Shown here: positions 39,240 to 48,191 of the stretch, piece after piece | Position numbering within the stretch: the first letter of the stretch is position 1 | Layout: the number at the start of each line of letters is the position of its first letter | Source: Acaryochloridaceae cyanobacterium VAR_48_metabat_390 | GTDB lineage: Bacteria > Cyanobacteriota > Cyanobacteriia > Thermosynechococcales > Thermosynechococcaceae | Reading direction: 5' to 3' | DNA length: 51,428 bases | Assembly (NCBI GenBank): GCA_031422435.1 | Contig: JANPLU010000113.1 | Span: 1 to 51,428 of the forward strand | Position numbers and translations under genes: made by a program | The notes under the pieces: model-generated | Databases searched by the model: none | What the model was told of the DNA's origin: nothing | What the model saw: the letters and a program-made list of their open reading frames with translations, nothing else

Positions 39240-39410
39240 TTATATATCTTGTAGCACCACCGCTTCAACGTGAGCAACGCCCTGATGTGCCGCAGTAATA
39301 GCCCATCGCAGCGGTTCACCTTGAAGGGTAAGCTGCGCTTCAATAGTGTGCTGAAGCGAGAGGGTGAGATCGTTGAGGTTGATTTCTATGGTGATGAATT
39401 GCGTGACCAT
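39240..39410 (-). CDS. Conserved small hypothetical protein (56 aa, below ORF-track cutoff)
   Basis: MVTQFITIEINL...IEAQL..QGEPLRWAITA...AHVEAVV, a motif recalled from small cyanobacterial genes upstream of DUF3326. Confidence 0.75.
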   Translation of the reverse strand: MVTQFITIEINLNDLTLSLQHTIEAQLTLQGEPLRWAITAAHQGVAHVEAVVLQDI

Positions 39411-39480
39411 CTGTTTAGCAACGTTTAGAAGAGTAGGTTTTGTCTAAATATGCTGATTTTAGGCAATATAGCAGCGTTAG

Positions 39481-40140
39481 CTAAAGGGTAGATGGATCCG
39501 AGAAAACGGCGATCGCCCCAAACAATAGAAACAGCAGACCGCCAAACCAGGTAATAGCTCGCTCAGAAATACGCCCTGCTGCCCAACGCCCCCCTACAAC
39601 GGCAATCAGCGAGCAGAAGGTATGACCCAAAATTCCACCTAGCGTTACCCCAAGCGTCCCCCCATTAGGGTTGCTCTGCATGGCTAAAGCCATTGTGGCA
39701 ATTTGAGTGCGATCGCCCCACTCCGCCACAAAGGTCAAGATAAATGCCTCTAGCACAATTGCCCAAGGCACTCTTTTTTTAAGCGCCTGCCGCCGTTTTC
39801 CCTGATTGTGAGACTCAAAAGACTCGACCTCTTGCGAGGCTTCTTCAAGGGGTTCTTGCTCATCACAGGGAGTCATACGGCTAGCTTGCCAGCACAGCCA
39901 ACCGCCAAATCCAAAGCACAAGGCCACAAAAAACCAGTGTGTGACGGTTCTAGGCAAAAAGCTCAGCAGATGCCCTGCACCTACCGAGATCACGGTCATC
40001 AGCGCCAATGCCGCAATAGAGCCGCAAAAAACCCACCGACGCGGATAGCGCATCGCCAAAATTAGCGCAATAAAAAAAGTTTTGTCGCCTAGCTCCTGAC
40101 TTGTAATCAGAAATAGCGCAGATGTAAATGCCTCTAGCAT
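39481..40140 (-). CDS. UPF0016/TMEM165/GDT1 family Mn2+ transporter (Mnx-like)
   Basis: Two E-x-G-D-(K/R)-T motifs (ELGDKT, EWGDRT); downstream of a yybP-ykoY riboswitch. Confidence 0.92.
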   Translation of the reverse strand: MLEAFTSALFLITSQELGDKTFFIALILAMRYPRRWVFCGSIAALALMTVISVGAGHLLSFLPRTVTHWFFVALCFGFGGWLCWQASRMTPCDEQEPLEEASQEVESFESHNQGKRRQALKKRVPWAIVLEAFILTFVAEWGDRTQIATMALAMQSNPNGGTLGVTLGGILGHTFCSLIAVVGGRWAAGRISERAITWFGGLLFLLFGAIAVFSDPSTL

Positions 40141-40242
40141 GACAGCCTATAGCCCCACAGCAGGAATGAAGAGACCTTCTGTAGGCTAGGCTGGTCATCA
40201 AGACTTCACCAAGCCCACAGAATTTCTCCTGTGAACATTAGT

Positions 40243-40355
40243 GAAAGTCTCGCGCCGATGACTCATTGAATGAATGCTATCGTGACCAGAACCAGGCTCA
40301 TCGCCAGTATGTTGACTCTGATCTTGCGGGGTTTTCCGCTTCGCTACTCCCTTTC
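40243..40355 (-). ncRNA. yybP-ykoY (Mn2+) riboswitch
   Basis: Minus strand AAAGGGAGTAGC ... GTCAACATACT ... GCGAGACTTTC conserved blocks upstream of the UPF0016 gene. Confidence 0.85.
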
Positions 40356-40450
40356 TAAGCTAGAGCATACCATAGGCAATGCCTGTGGCAACAAGGCCAA
40401 ATCCTCTATGATGAGTGGAGTTTTGAGTTGCTCATCATAAGTTGCCCGCA

Positions 40451-41218
40451 ATGCCCCATTCTTCTCCAGAAGCCGCCATTCAGCCAACTCCCAAACGCGG
40501 CCTCATTCATCGTGTTTTAGAGCCTGCAATCCAGTTTTGGCTAAGGTCGCAGGTGGAGTCGGTTTCGAGTTTAGAGGTGCATCTAGAGGGGGGCGATCGC
40601 CAAATCTTGTCAGGTTACTTGCCCCAAGTGCAGCTCAACACCCAAAAAGTGGTCTATCGAGGTCTGCACCTCAGCCAAATTGAGCTAAATGGACGTAACC
40701 TTCGCATTAACATTGGGCAAATGCTCAAAGGCAAAGGGTTTAGGCTATTAGAGCCAGTCGCCATCGACCTAAACGTCATGCTTCAGGCACAAGATGCTCA
40801 GGCTTCGCTTCAGTCTGAGCTATTTCAAAGCGCCATCATTGATGCGCTACAGCTTTTGATCGGCGAACAAATCTCTGAAGCCCTAGGTCAGTCGATATCA
40901 TCTGAAGCCCTTACATTGCAAACTCCCACCCTCGTGCTATCCGAAGATACCCTACGATTTAGCGCCGCACTCAGCACCCATCAAGGTGACCAATCTGTCC
41001 CTGTAGCGCTCCAAACCGCCCTGACCTTAGGCAGCGACTTTCACACCCTCAGTCTTGACCATCCAGAATGGCTGCCAACCCCCAACGCAAAGCGAGGACT
41101 CCCGCTCCACGACCTGCAGGGGTACACGTTTGATTTAGGTTCTCAAACTCAGATTCAAACCCTGTCGATTACGCCTGAAGGCATTTTTATGAAAGGCCAA
41201 ATGACGATTTTTCCGTAA
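40451..41218 (+). CDS. DUF2993 (LmeA-like) protein
   Basis: WLRSQVE.V..L, GGDRQILSG..P, YRGLHLS, INIGQ.LKGK..RLLEP. Confidence 0.8.
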   Translation: MPHSSPEAAIQPTPKRGLIHRVLEPAIQFWLRSQVESVSSLEVHLEGGDRQILSGYLPQVQLNTQKVVYRGLHLSQIELNGRNLRINIGQMLKGKGFRLLEPVAIDLNVMLQAQDAQASLQSELFQSAIIDALQLLIGEQISEALGQSISSEALTLQTPTLVLSEDTLRFSAALSTHQGDQSVPVALQTALTLGSDFHTLSLDHPEWLPTPNAKRGLPLHDLQGYTFDLGSQTQIQTLSITPEGIFMKGQMTIFP

Positions 41219-41494
41219 ACATGGCAGCCCAGTAGTGATGTATGTAGACCTCAATTGCTCAGCGTCTTGATGTGTACAGGCATCGTATTTTGACTTTGAT
41301 CAGAGAAAAATTAGCCCCCTTATGTTGTCAAGATGGCAAATTTGGGAATCTTAAATAAGTACTGGACGGCATAGAACCGAAAATTGCCCTCTCTCTGATC
41401 GCAATTTTTCGGTGATTGACCCTCAACATTCTGCTGTTTTTCAAAGTTCAAATCAACTGTTTGCCTTATTCCTTGAGCTGAAGGTGTACCTTCC

Positions 41495-44206
41495 TTGTCT
41501 GAGCCGTTTTTGTATGACATTAACCCCTATACTTCGGCCAGACATTCTGAACCCAGAGCCGAAGAACCCCAACGGTCGAAATCTGTTCGACACCTGCTCG
41601 CCGTTGAAGATACTGAGGGGCAGCGGTTACTGCCCTTAGAGTCTACCTCTCACTCCATTGGCCGAGACCCAACCAACTCCATTGTGCTTAAATCTAAGGC
41701 TGTCTCTCGACAACACGCGCTGTTGCTGAGGGTTACAAGCTCAGATCCTAGCAACTACGGCTTTTTGATTATTGACGGTAACCTTCAGGGGAAGCGTAGC
41801 AAAAACGGAATAAAGGTTAACGGAAGAAAATGCCATTCCCATCGCCTCAAACATGGCGACCAGCTTTTACTCGGCAATTTGGTTAAAGTTCGCTACCTCA
41901 TTATGCCGTCTCTGACGGATGAAGCGTTTGTTTCTTATTCTGAAACCCTCGACTATACAGAGCTATTTGCCGAATCTGTTCTCTCTGAACCTGTTACGCC
42001 TAGCGCTGCTGAAGAGCAGTTTGATGAAGCTTCTTTAATTCGGCTGGCCTCTTTTCCAGAAATTATTCCTAGCCCAATTTTTGAGGTCAACCTAAACGGA
42101 GAATTGACCTACCTTAACCCAGCAGCCGCTCAAATTTTTCCTGACCTGACCCAGAAAGGGATGACTCATCCGATGCTGGATGGCTTATTCTCGCTCATTC
42201 GTGAGTCAACAGCCAATATTTTAGTGCGTGAGGCGGCGGTTAGCGAGAAGGTTTTTGAACAGTCTATTCACTACATCCCAGAAAGTGATCTGATCCGCTG
42301 CTGTGTGTTTGATATTACCGAACGAAAAAACGCCGAGTCTGAGCTAAGAAAGCGCGATCGCCTTCTGCAAAGTGTAGCTGAAGCCACAACTCATTTATTG
42401 GCAAACGTAGGCTATGACGCTGCCATCAACGAAGCGCTTGCGACCCTAGGAAACGCAGCTCGTGTAGATCGTATTTGTATTTCCATGAATCATGCGCATC
42501 CTAGCACCGGAGAACTTGCCACTAGCATGCGGTTTGAATGGGCGCGTGAATCGGTGCCGTCTATTCTTAGAAATGCCTACCGCCACAATCAGCTTTTTAG
42601 TAGTCCGGCTTTAAAGCGTTGGTATCACACTTTGACCGACGAAACGGCGGTTCGTGGACTTACACGAGACCTGAAAGATGCTGAGCAAGATCTTTTATTG
42701 CAGGATTGTGTTCTGTCTATTTTGGTGGTGCCCATTATTGTCAACCTTAAGTTTTGGGGTTTTATTGAGCTGCACCAATGCGCTATTGAGTACGAATGGT
42801 CGTCTCAAGAAGAATCTATCATTTTTGCAATGGCTGCCAGCATTAGTGCCGCGCTTCAGCGTCAGCAAACCGAAGAAATTATTCATCATCAGGCTTTTCA
42901 TGATGCCCTCACTAATTTGCCCAACCGCATTCTGTTTAACGATCGCCTAGACTTTGCTCTCTCTAGCGCCCGACGCAACGGCCAAAGTTTAGCCGTGATG
43001 TTTATGGATCTGGATCGCTTCAAAATTATCAACGATACGCTTGGGCACTCCGTTGGAGATGAACTTCTACAGGGTGTCGCCCAGCGGCTAAGAGATTGTC
43101 TCCGAGAAGGAGATACCGTCGCACGGTGGGGAGGAGATGAATTTACAATCTTGCTACCGCAAGTCCGTGATGCCGATGATGCCACCCAGACCGCTCATCG
43201 CATTCATGAGGCGCTTAAAACGCCGCTCAACATCAACGCTCACGAGCTGTACATCAATGCCAGCATTGGGATTGCAGTGTATCCTCAAGATGGCAAGGTC
43301 GCAGAACTACTGCTTCAAAATGCAGATGTCGCCCTGTACCGCTGTAAAGAGCAGGGGCGAGGTAGTTTTCGACATTATGCCCCCACAATGAATTCTGAAG
43401 CACCAGAACTGTTTGCTCTAGAAAACGGTTTGCGCCATGCCTTAGAGCGCCAAGAATTCTTGCTGCATTACCAGCCGAAGGTCAATATCAGAACAGGGCA
43501 AATTATTGGTTTAGAGGCACTCCTAAGATGGAATCATCCTGAACTGGGGCTTGTGTCCCCTGCCACCTTTATTCCGCTGGCAGAAGAAACGGGTCTGATT
43601 GTTGAAATTGGTACCTGGGTCATGGAAACCGCCTGCGCCCAGACGGTGCAGTGGCACCGAGCGGCACTCACGCCACTGTCTATTGCGGTCAATTTATCCG
43701 CCCGCCAGTTTTTTCAACCCGATTTGGTCAATGTTGTTGCGCAGGTGCTGGCACGATCACAGCTAGAGCCGCAATTTTTAGAGCTTGAGGTGACGGAGAC
43801 CACTGCCGTTAGGTATATTGACTTTACTAAAATCCTGCTCAGTCAAATGCAGGACATGGGCGTTCATATTGCGATGGATGATTTTGGGACTGGCTATTCA
43901 TCGCTCAACTATTTGAAGCAGCTGCCGCTCAATACCCTTAAAATCGACCAGTCCTTTATTCGAGACCTAAAGCCGAATTCTAAAGATGTGGAGATTGTCA
44001 AAGCAGTGATTTCCCTGGGGCAGGGCTTAAACCTTAGCATTGTGGCAGAGGGCGTAGACAGCGAGGTACAGCTTGAGCTGTTAAGAAATCTCAACTGCAA
44101 TATCATCCAGGGGTATCTTTTTAGCCGTCCCCTACCGGTGGATCAAATGACCGAAATGCTTCAGGCGAATCGACGAAGCTACCCGCTCTGTGAGCTGACT
44201 ACTTAA
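41495..44206 (+). CDS. FHA-PAS-GAF-GGDEF-EAL c-di-GMP signalling protein
   Basis: FHA (IGRD, VSRQHA, SKNG), PAS (PSPIFEVN..G..TY.NPAA), GAF, GGDEF with RxxD (REGD), EAL and DDFGTGYSSL intact; TTG start. Confidence 0.92.
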   Translation: MSEPFLYDINPYTSARHSEPRAEEPQRSKSVRHLLAVEDTEGQRLLPLESTSHSIGRDPTNSIVLKSKAVSRQHALLLRVTSSDPSNYGFLIIDGNLQGKRSKNGIKVNGRKCHSHRLKHGDQLLLGNLVKVRYLIMPSLTDEAFVSYSETLDYTELFAESVLSEPVTPSAAEEQFDEASLIRLASFPEIIPSPIFEVNLNGELTYLNPAAAQIFPDLTQKGMTHPMLDGLFSLIRESTANILVREAAVSEKVFEQSIHYIPESDLIRCCVFDITERKNAESELRKRDRLLQSVAEATTHLLANVGYDAAINEALATLGNAARVDRICISMNHAHPSTGELATSMRFEWARESVPSILRNAYRHNQLFSSPALKRWYHTLTDETAVRGLTRDLKDAEQDLLLQDCVLSILVVPIIVNLKFWGFIELHQCAIEYEWSSQEESIIFAMAASISAALQRQQTEEIIHHQAFHDALTNLPNRILFNDRLDFALSSARRNGQSLAVMFMDLDRFKIINDTLGHSVGDELLQGVAQRLRDCLREGDTVARWGGDEFTILLPQVRDADDATQTAHRIHEALKTPLNINAHELYINASIGIAVYPQDGKVAELLLQNADVALYRCKEQGRGSFRHYAPTMNSEAPELFALENGLRHALERQEFLLHYQPKVNIRTGQIIGLEALLRWNHPELGLVSPATFIPLAEETGLIVEIGTWVMETACAQTVQWHRAALTPLSIAVNLSARQFFQPDLVNVVAQVLARSQLEPQFLELEVTETTAVRYIDFTKILLSQMQDMGVHIAMDDFGTGYSSLNYLKQLPLNTLKIDQSFIRDLKPNSKDVEIVKAVISLGQGLNLSIVAEGVDSEVQLELLRNLNCNIIQGYLFSRPLPVDQMTEMLQANRRSYPLCELTT

Positions 44207-45071
44207 GCACTGTCCGAGAGGCTTGGGGAGCGGCGACTGTGAACCCGATCTGAGTTAAGTTTGTTTCTGGGATGGTAGCGGCAGGGGGCTGTAGTCCCGT
44301 TAAGCCAGATTGCTCTAGTAAGTCTTTCCAAACTTGAGCCGTAGATTGATTGGCTGGCTGTGTTTGCAGGGCTTGAGCCAGTATTGTTATGGCATCGTAC
44401 CACAAACCTTGCTGAGCATAGCGCTGAGCTGTAGTGGCCTGATCGCTTGCCATGATTGTAGTGGATGGATTTGGGTCGGACGCTTGGTGCGGAGCGATCG
44501 TCACTCGCTGAATGCTTCCGCGAATGAAGGCCACCTGATGCGATTTTGCAGGATCACACTGAAGACTCAGCGTCCAACTGTAGGCTGCATTCGCAATCAG
44601 AGGTGCGGATTGCTCTGGTACCGTTAGTTTGACCAACCCAGCAGAGGCGTTAGGTTGTGTCAAGACGGTTTTATAAATATAGCGATCTGCCGCATCTTGA
44701 AGCACAAATTCAAGGCGAGCTTCTGGATGAGGACGATTGGGTAGATAAAACCAAAAAGTAGGGTGATCTGAAGCGGTTAAGCTATGGGAACGGGTCGTGT
44801 CGCTTGGCAATACGGCATGCATTACCTGAGACTGTTTACAGGCGCCTCGACTGGCCCCTCCACCTGTGCGACCCTTGGGTGCGCCAAGATTGGGCGGGAG
44901 CGGAGGGGAATAGGGAGAAACGACTGGCTTTGAGCGGGAAAATCTGCCTGATTCAGAAGCCTGAAGCGGTAATGCGGTTGCCCACAGCAAACTGGCGCTG
45001 AGGCATCCGAATGCTAAGGCAGATACTGACGGATGAGCAGCACCTGTACTTGAACGGTGGTGTTGTATCAT
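44199..45071 (-). CDS. DUF928 family exported protein
   Basis: Signal peptide, GAPKGR.GGGASRG.C, T.SDHPTFWFYLP, YA.QGLWYDA, W.DLL.Q.GL. Confidence 0.88.
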   Translation of the reverse strand: MIQHHRSSTGAAHPSVSALAFGCLSASLLWATALPLQASESGRFSRSKPVVSPYSPPLPPNLGAPKGRTGGGASRGACKQSQVMHAVLPSDTTRSHSLTASDHPTFWFYLPNRPHPEARLEFVLQDAADRYIYKTVLTQPNASAGLVKLTVPEQSAPLIANAAYSWTLSLQCDPAKSHQVAFIRGSIQRVTIAPHQASDPNPSTTIMASDQATTAQRYAQQGLWYDAITILAQALQTQPANQSTAQVWKDLLEQSGLTGLQPPAATIPETNLTQIGFTVAAPQASRTVLK

Positions 45072-45157
45072 TTCCTTTAACCCCCAAACCTAGGAACGGC
45101 TTGTCTTTAGAGTATCCTGTTTTTTAAAACCTCCGGAGTTTGTAGAAAATATTCGAC

Positions 45158-48100
45158 CTATTCCTGAGGTTTCCTGAACTTTTGTGATTTCTCACCGAGG
45201 ACTTGATAGCTTACGGTGCCTCCGGTCAGCCATAAAACAATACCGGCTGGCGCTGCCGCTAGCCAGCCACCCTGAAGGAGCATTACTAGACAGACGGTAA
45301 ACAGTGCCAAGCTAGCGATGCACAGGCCGATAACACCCTGCCATAAGCGATGCGAAAAAAGAATGATGAATCCGGCTGCGCTCCCCCAAGCCCACAGCCA
45401 GAGACTATCGCCCCAGACAGGCCATACCCAAATCATGGGTCGTTGGTTGAGCGCTGCGCTTAAAAGATGGCTCGCCATATTGGCTTGAATCATGACGCCA
45501 GAGACTTTTCGGATGCCGCCTGCGCCATAGGGTGTTGCCCAAAAGTCGCTAGCGGAGTTTGCGATAACGCCGATGAGAATAATCCGATCTTTGATAAGGT
45601 CTGGCGCGACTTTATTGTTGAGAACCTCTGAGAGAGAAACCTGGAGCGCAATGTCTTGGGGGGTAGACAATGCCCGAAAGTTGAGCATCATCTGATGCCC
45701 GCCCTCGGCGTGGAATTGATAGCCGCCTTCCAAGGGCTTCAGCCTTCGGAAAGTGGTGTGCCCTAACTGTAAATTGCCATCACGGGTAAAGGAAGGCTGA
45801 ATACCCTGGGTGGCTAAGTACCGGAGCGCAACCTGGGTGCCGAAGCCATAGTGAGCCTGACAGGGCGAAAGCGGGTCAGGGGTCATAAACAAAAGCTGCC
45901 GTCGGATAATGCCGTCACTGTCTTCAATGAAGTCACTAAAGCCCACACGGGCAATCGGAACTTCTATAGGAGGGGAAACTCCTTCTGGATCGCTTTCCAC
46001 ATCACGAGATTTGCAAACCGCAATAATCTTAGAATCTTCACGCAGCCGCTGTGCCAACTGTGGAAACTGACGCTGAACTGCAAAATCTCGATAGATATCT
46101 AGGCCAATTACCCTCGGCTCAAAGGGTTCAATTTTCTGAAGCAGTTTCAGCAAGTTTTGGTCAGAGATGGAACTCCGGCGGCTGTCTTCAGACTGCTGAA
46201 TCAGGTCTTGGGCGGTTACGGTGATGACCAAAATCCGGTCGTCTGGTTTTTCATGCGGGCGTAGCCGCGTTAACTGGTCAAAGCTCCATAGCTCTGGTGC
46301 CTGTAAGCCTCCTAACCACCGAATACCGAGAACGGCAATGCTCCAAGCTAAGCTGGTGCATAACACCCTCAAAATAGTCTTATAAGGCTGTCTCTGCTGA
46401 CTTGCCTCCGGTAGCAAGGGGAGCTTATGGGGTTGTTCCGCCATGGCAGCCTTTGGCAATATGGTTTTGAGACGGCCTTGATTGAAGAGTGCTTTGACGT
46501 CTAGGCGAGGAAGTTGGGGCGATCGCCCATCCCAAAGTGCCTCAAAGATGGGCACTTCTCCAATACTTTTGAGCAGATATTGCCCATGACTATAAATTTC
46601 TAAGTTGCGAGTGCCCGAGTTGCGCATTAAAACAGCGCTGACTTCCGACAGCAAAATTTGAGAGCCTTGGGCGAGATCGGCAATGCGAACCAGGTAATCG
46701 ACTTCTTGACCAATATAGTCACCGTTATTTTGAGTGGGACTACCCGTATGAATGCCAATTCGTACCTGCAGGGGGCCTAGTGGGGTTTTAATGGGATGCT
46801 CTATATGATTTTTTTGCAGATAAACGGCCCACTCTAAAGCACTTGTAACCGTTGCAAAGGCCAGAAAAAAAGCGTCTCCCTCTGTTTTGATGACCCATCC
46901 CCGAAATGGAGTGAGGCTCTCTTCAACTCGCGATCGATGCGGCTGCAAGATTTGGGAGAGATATGCCTGATTGCGATCGCAGACATACTGCCCTTCCAAA
47001 TCGCGCTTCATTGCTGTGGAGTCGAGCAGGTCTGTCCACACCATTGTGACCATTGCAGAGTCTTGAGGGCGCTCCTGCTCAGAGGCTGCTCCACCCAGGC
47101 TACTCCAGGTAGGAGAAACTGCCGCTGGATTTTGAATAATCACAGGAAGCCAAGTGGCACAGGGAAACTCAGACTCTATGCCCTGAAGGCGTTCTCGAGC
47201 CTCCCGTACCGCCAGATAGAATAATTGCCCTTGAGAAAAGGATCTCAAAAAATGCTGTAAAAACGCACGCGCGACAGCATCAGGTACAGGTTCGCGCATG
47301 ACGATCACCTGCGGCATATTGAGATCGCTCAGGGCTTTTGCCAACCCTAAGCCATCACAGGAGTTAAAAATTGCGAGCTGGAGTCCTGAGTCCAAGGCCT
47401 GACGCAGGGCATACTTAAAGTCTGAAATTGCAATGGAGGTATTTGCATTCAGCCAAAGTTGTCCACTTTCGCCATTGGGGGCGCTGTTGCTGTGCCCTGC
47501 AAAGAACAGGATGTCCCACGTTTCATTCCAGAGGCAGGCATCAAATTCACTACGGGGTGGCTCAACCAAAACCCGCACATTTGCGTTGGGAAGTGCCATC
47601 AGCAGATGCTGATCGGCCTGAGTATCGAGCGCGATTCCTTCGCCTAAAATCGCCAATATCCTGACACCATTGGGCTTAGAACAAGGCACGAAGGGTGCCT
47701 CATAGATAGGGGCGCTAAACCCTATTTCGGCCTTGGGGTAGCGCTCTAGGAGCGTCCAGAGGTGCCAAGGCAGCTTTTGAAGCTGCACCTGGTCGGTCAG
47801 GATGAGGATTCGGATAGACTCCTCAGGTTTCAATTGCTCCAGCAGCTTGTCACGGATGGGTCGAAATTCTGGGCTATCTAGCCATTGATTAAGCGATTGT
47901 TGCAGCGCCTGAGCGGCTTTAATACAGTCCTCAACCAGAGAAATGTTGGTAATCTGATCGGGCTGGGGATCTAAACGAGTGAGACTGCCGAGCTGAAGGT
48001 AGTGCGATCGCCACCCTTGATAAAGCTGCACCAAATTAGGGTTAGCAGGGAGGCGACCTACCTGCTCCGCAGAAGGTGGCTGGCGTTCTTTGGCAAACTG

Positions 48101-48166
48101 GCAAGTGACCGGAAATCCTGCCTCAAAGCTGCCTTCTCCAACCCTCAAAATGACGCAGCGATTCAC
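45158..48166 (-). CDS. CHAT protease - class III nucleotide cyclase - TM - CHASE2 - 3TM receptor
   Basis: CHAT His (FAGHS) and Cys (FNSCDG); cyclase WTDLLDST, KTEGDAF, RIGIHTG; CHASE2 PDDRILVITV, IGLDIYRD, VGFSD...D.DGIIRRQLL, SGVMIQA; GTG start after GAGGA. Confidence 0.9.
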   Translation of the reverse strand: MNRCVILRVGEGSFEAGFPVTCQFAKERQPPSAEQVGRLPANPNLVQLYQGWRSHYLQLGSLTRLDPQPDQITNISLVEDCIKAAQALQQSLNQWLDSPEFRPIRDKLLEQLKPEESIRILILTDQVQLQKLPWHLWTLLERYPKAEIGFSAPIYEAPFVPCSKPNGVRILAILGEGIALDTQADQHLLMALPNANVRVLVEPPRSEFDACLWNETWDILFFAGHSNSAPNGESGQLWLNANTSIAISDFKYALRQALDSGLQLAIFNSCDGLGLAKALSDLNMPQVIVMREPVPDAVARAFLQHFLRSFSQGQLFYLAVREARERLQGIESEFPCATWLPVIIQNPAAVSPTWSSLGGAASEQERPQDSAMVTMVWTDLLDSTAMKRDLEGQYVCDRNQAYLSQILQPHRSRVEESLTPFRGWVIKTEGDAFFLAFATVTSALEWAVYLQKNHIEHPIKTPLGPLQVRIGIHTGSPTQNNGDYIGQEVDYLVRIADLAQGSQILLSEVSAVLMRNSGTRNLEIYSHGQYLLKSIGEVPIFEALWDGRSPQLPRLDVKALFNQGRLKTILPKAAMAEQPHKLPLLPEASQQRQPYKTILRVLCTSLAWSIAVLGIRWLGGLQAPELWSFDQLTRLRPHEKPDDRILVITVTAQDLIQQSEDSRRSSISDQNLLKLLQKIEPFEPRVIGLDIYRDFAVQRQFPQLAQRLREDSKIIAVCKSRDVESDPEGVSPPIEVPIARVGFSDFIEDSDGIIRRQLLFMTPDPLSPCQAHYGFGTQVALRYLATQGIQPSFTRDGNLQLGHTTFRRLKPLEGGYQFHAEGGHQMMLNFRALSTPQDIALQVSLSEVLNNKVAPDLIKDRIILIGVIANSASDFWATPYGAGGIRKVSGVMIQANMASHLLSAALNQRPMIWVWPVWGDSLWLWAWGSAAGFIILFSHRLWQGVIGLCIASLALFTVCLVMLLQGGWLAAAPAGIVLWLTGGTVSYQVLGEKSQKFRKPQE

Positions 48167-48191
48167 TTTATTTCCTCGTTGCTACCTTTCA

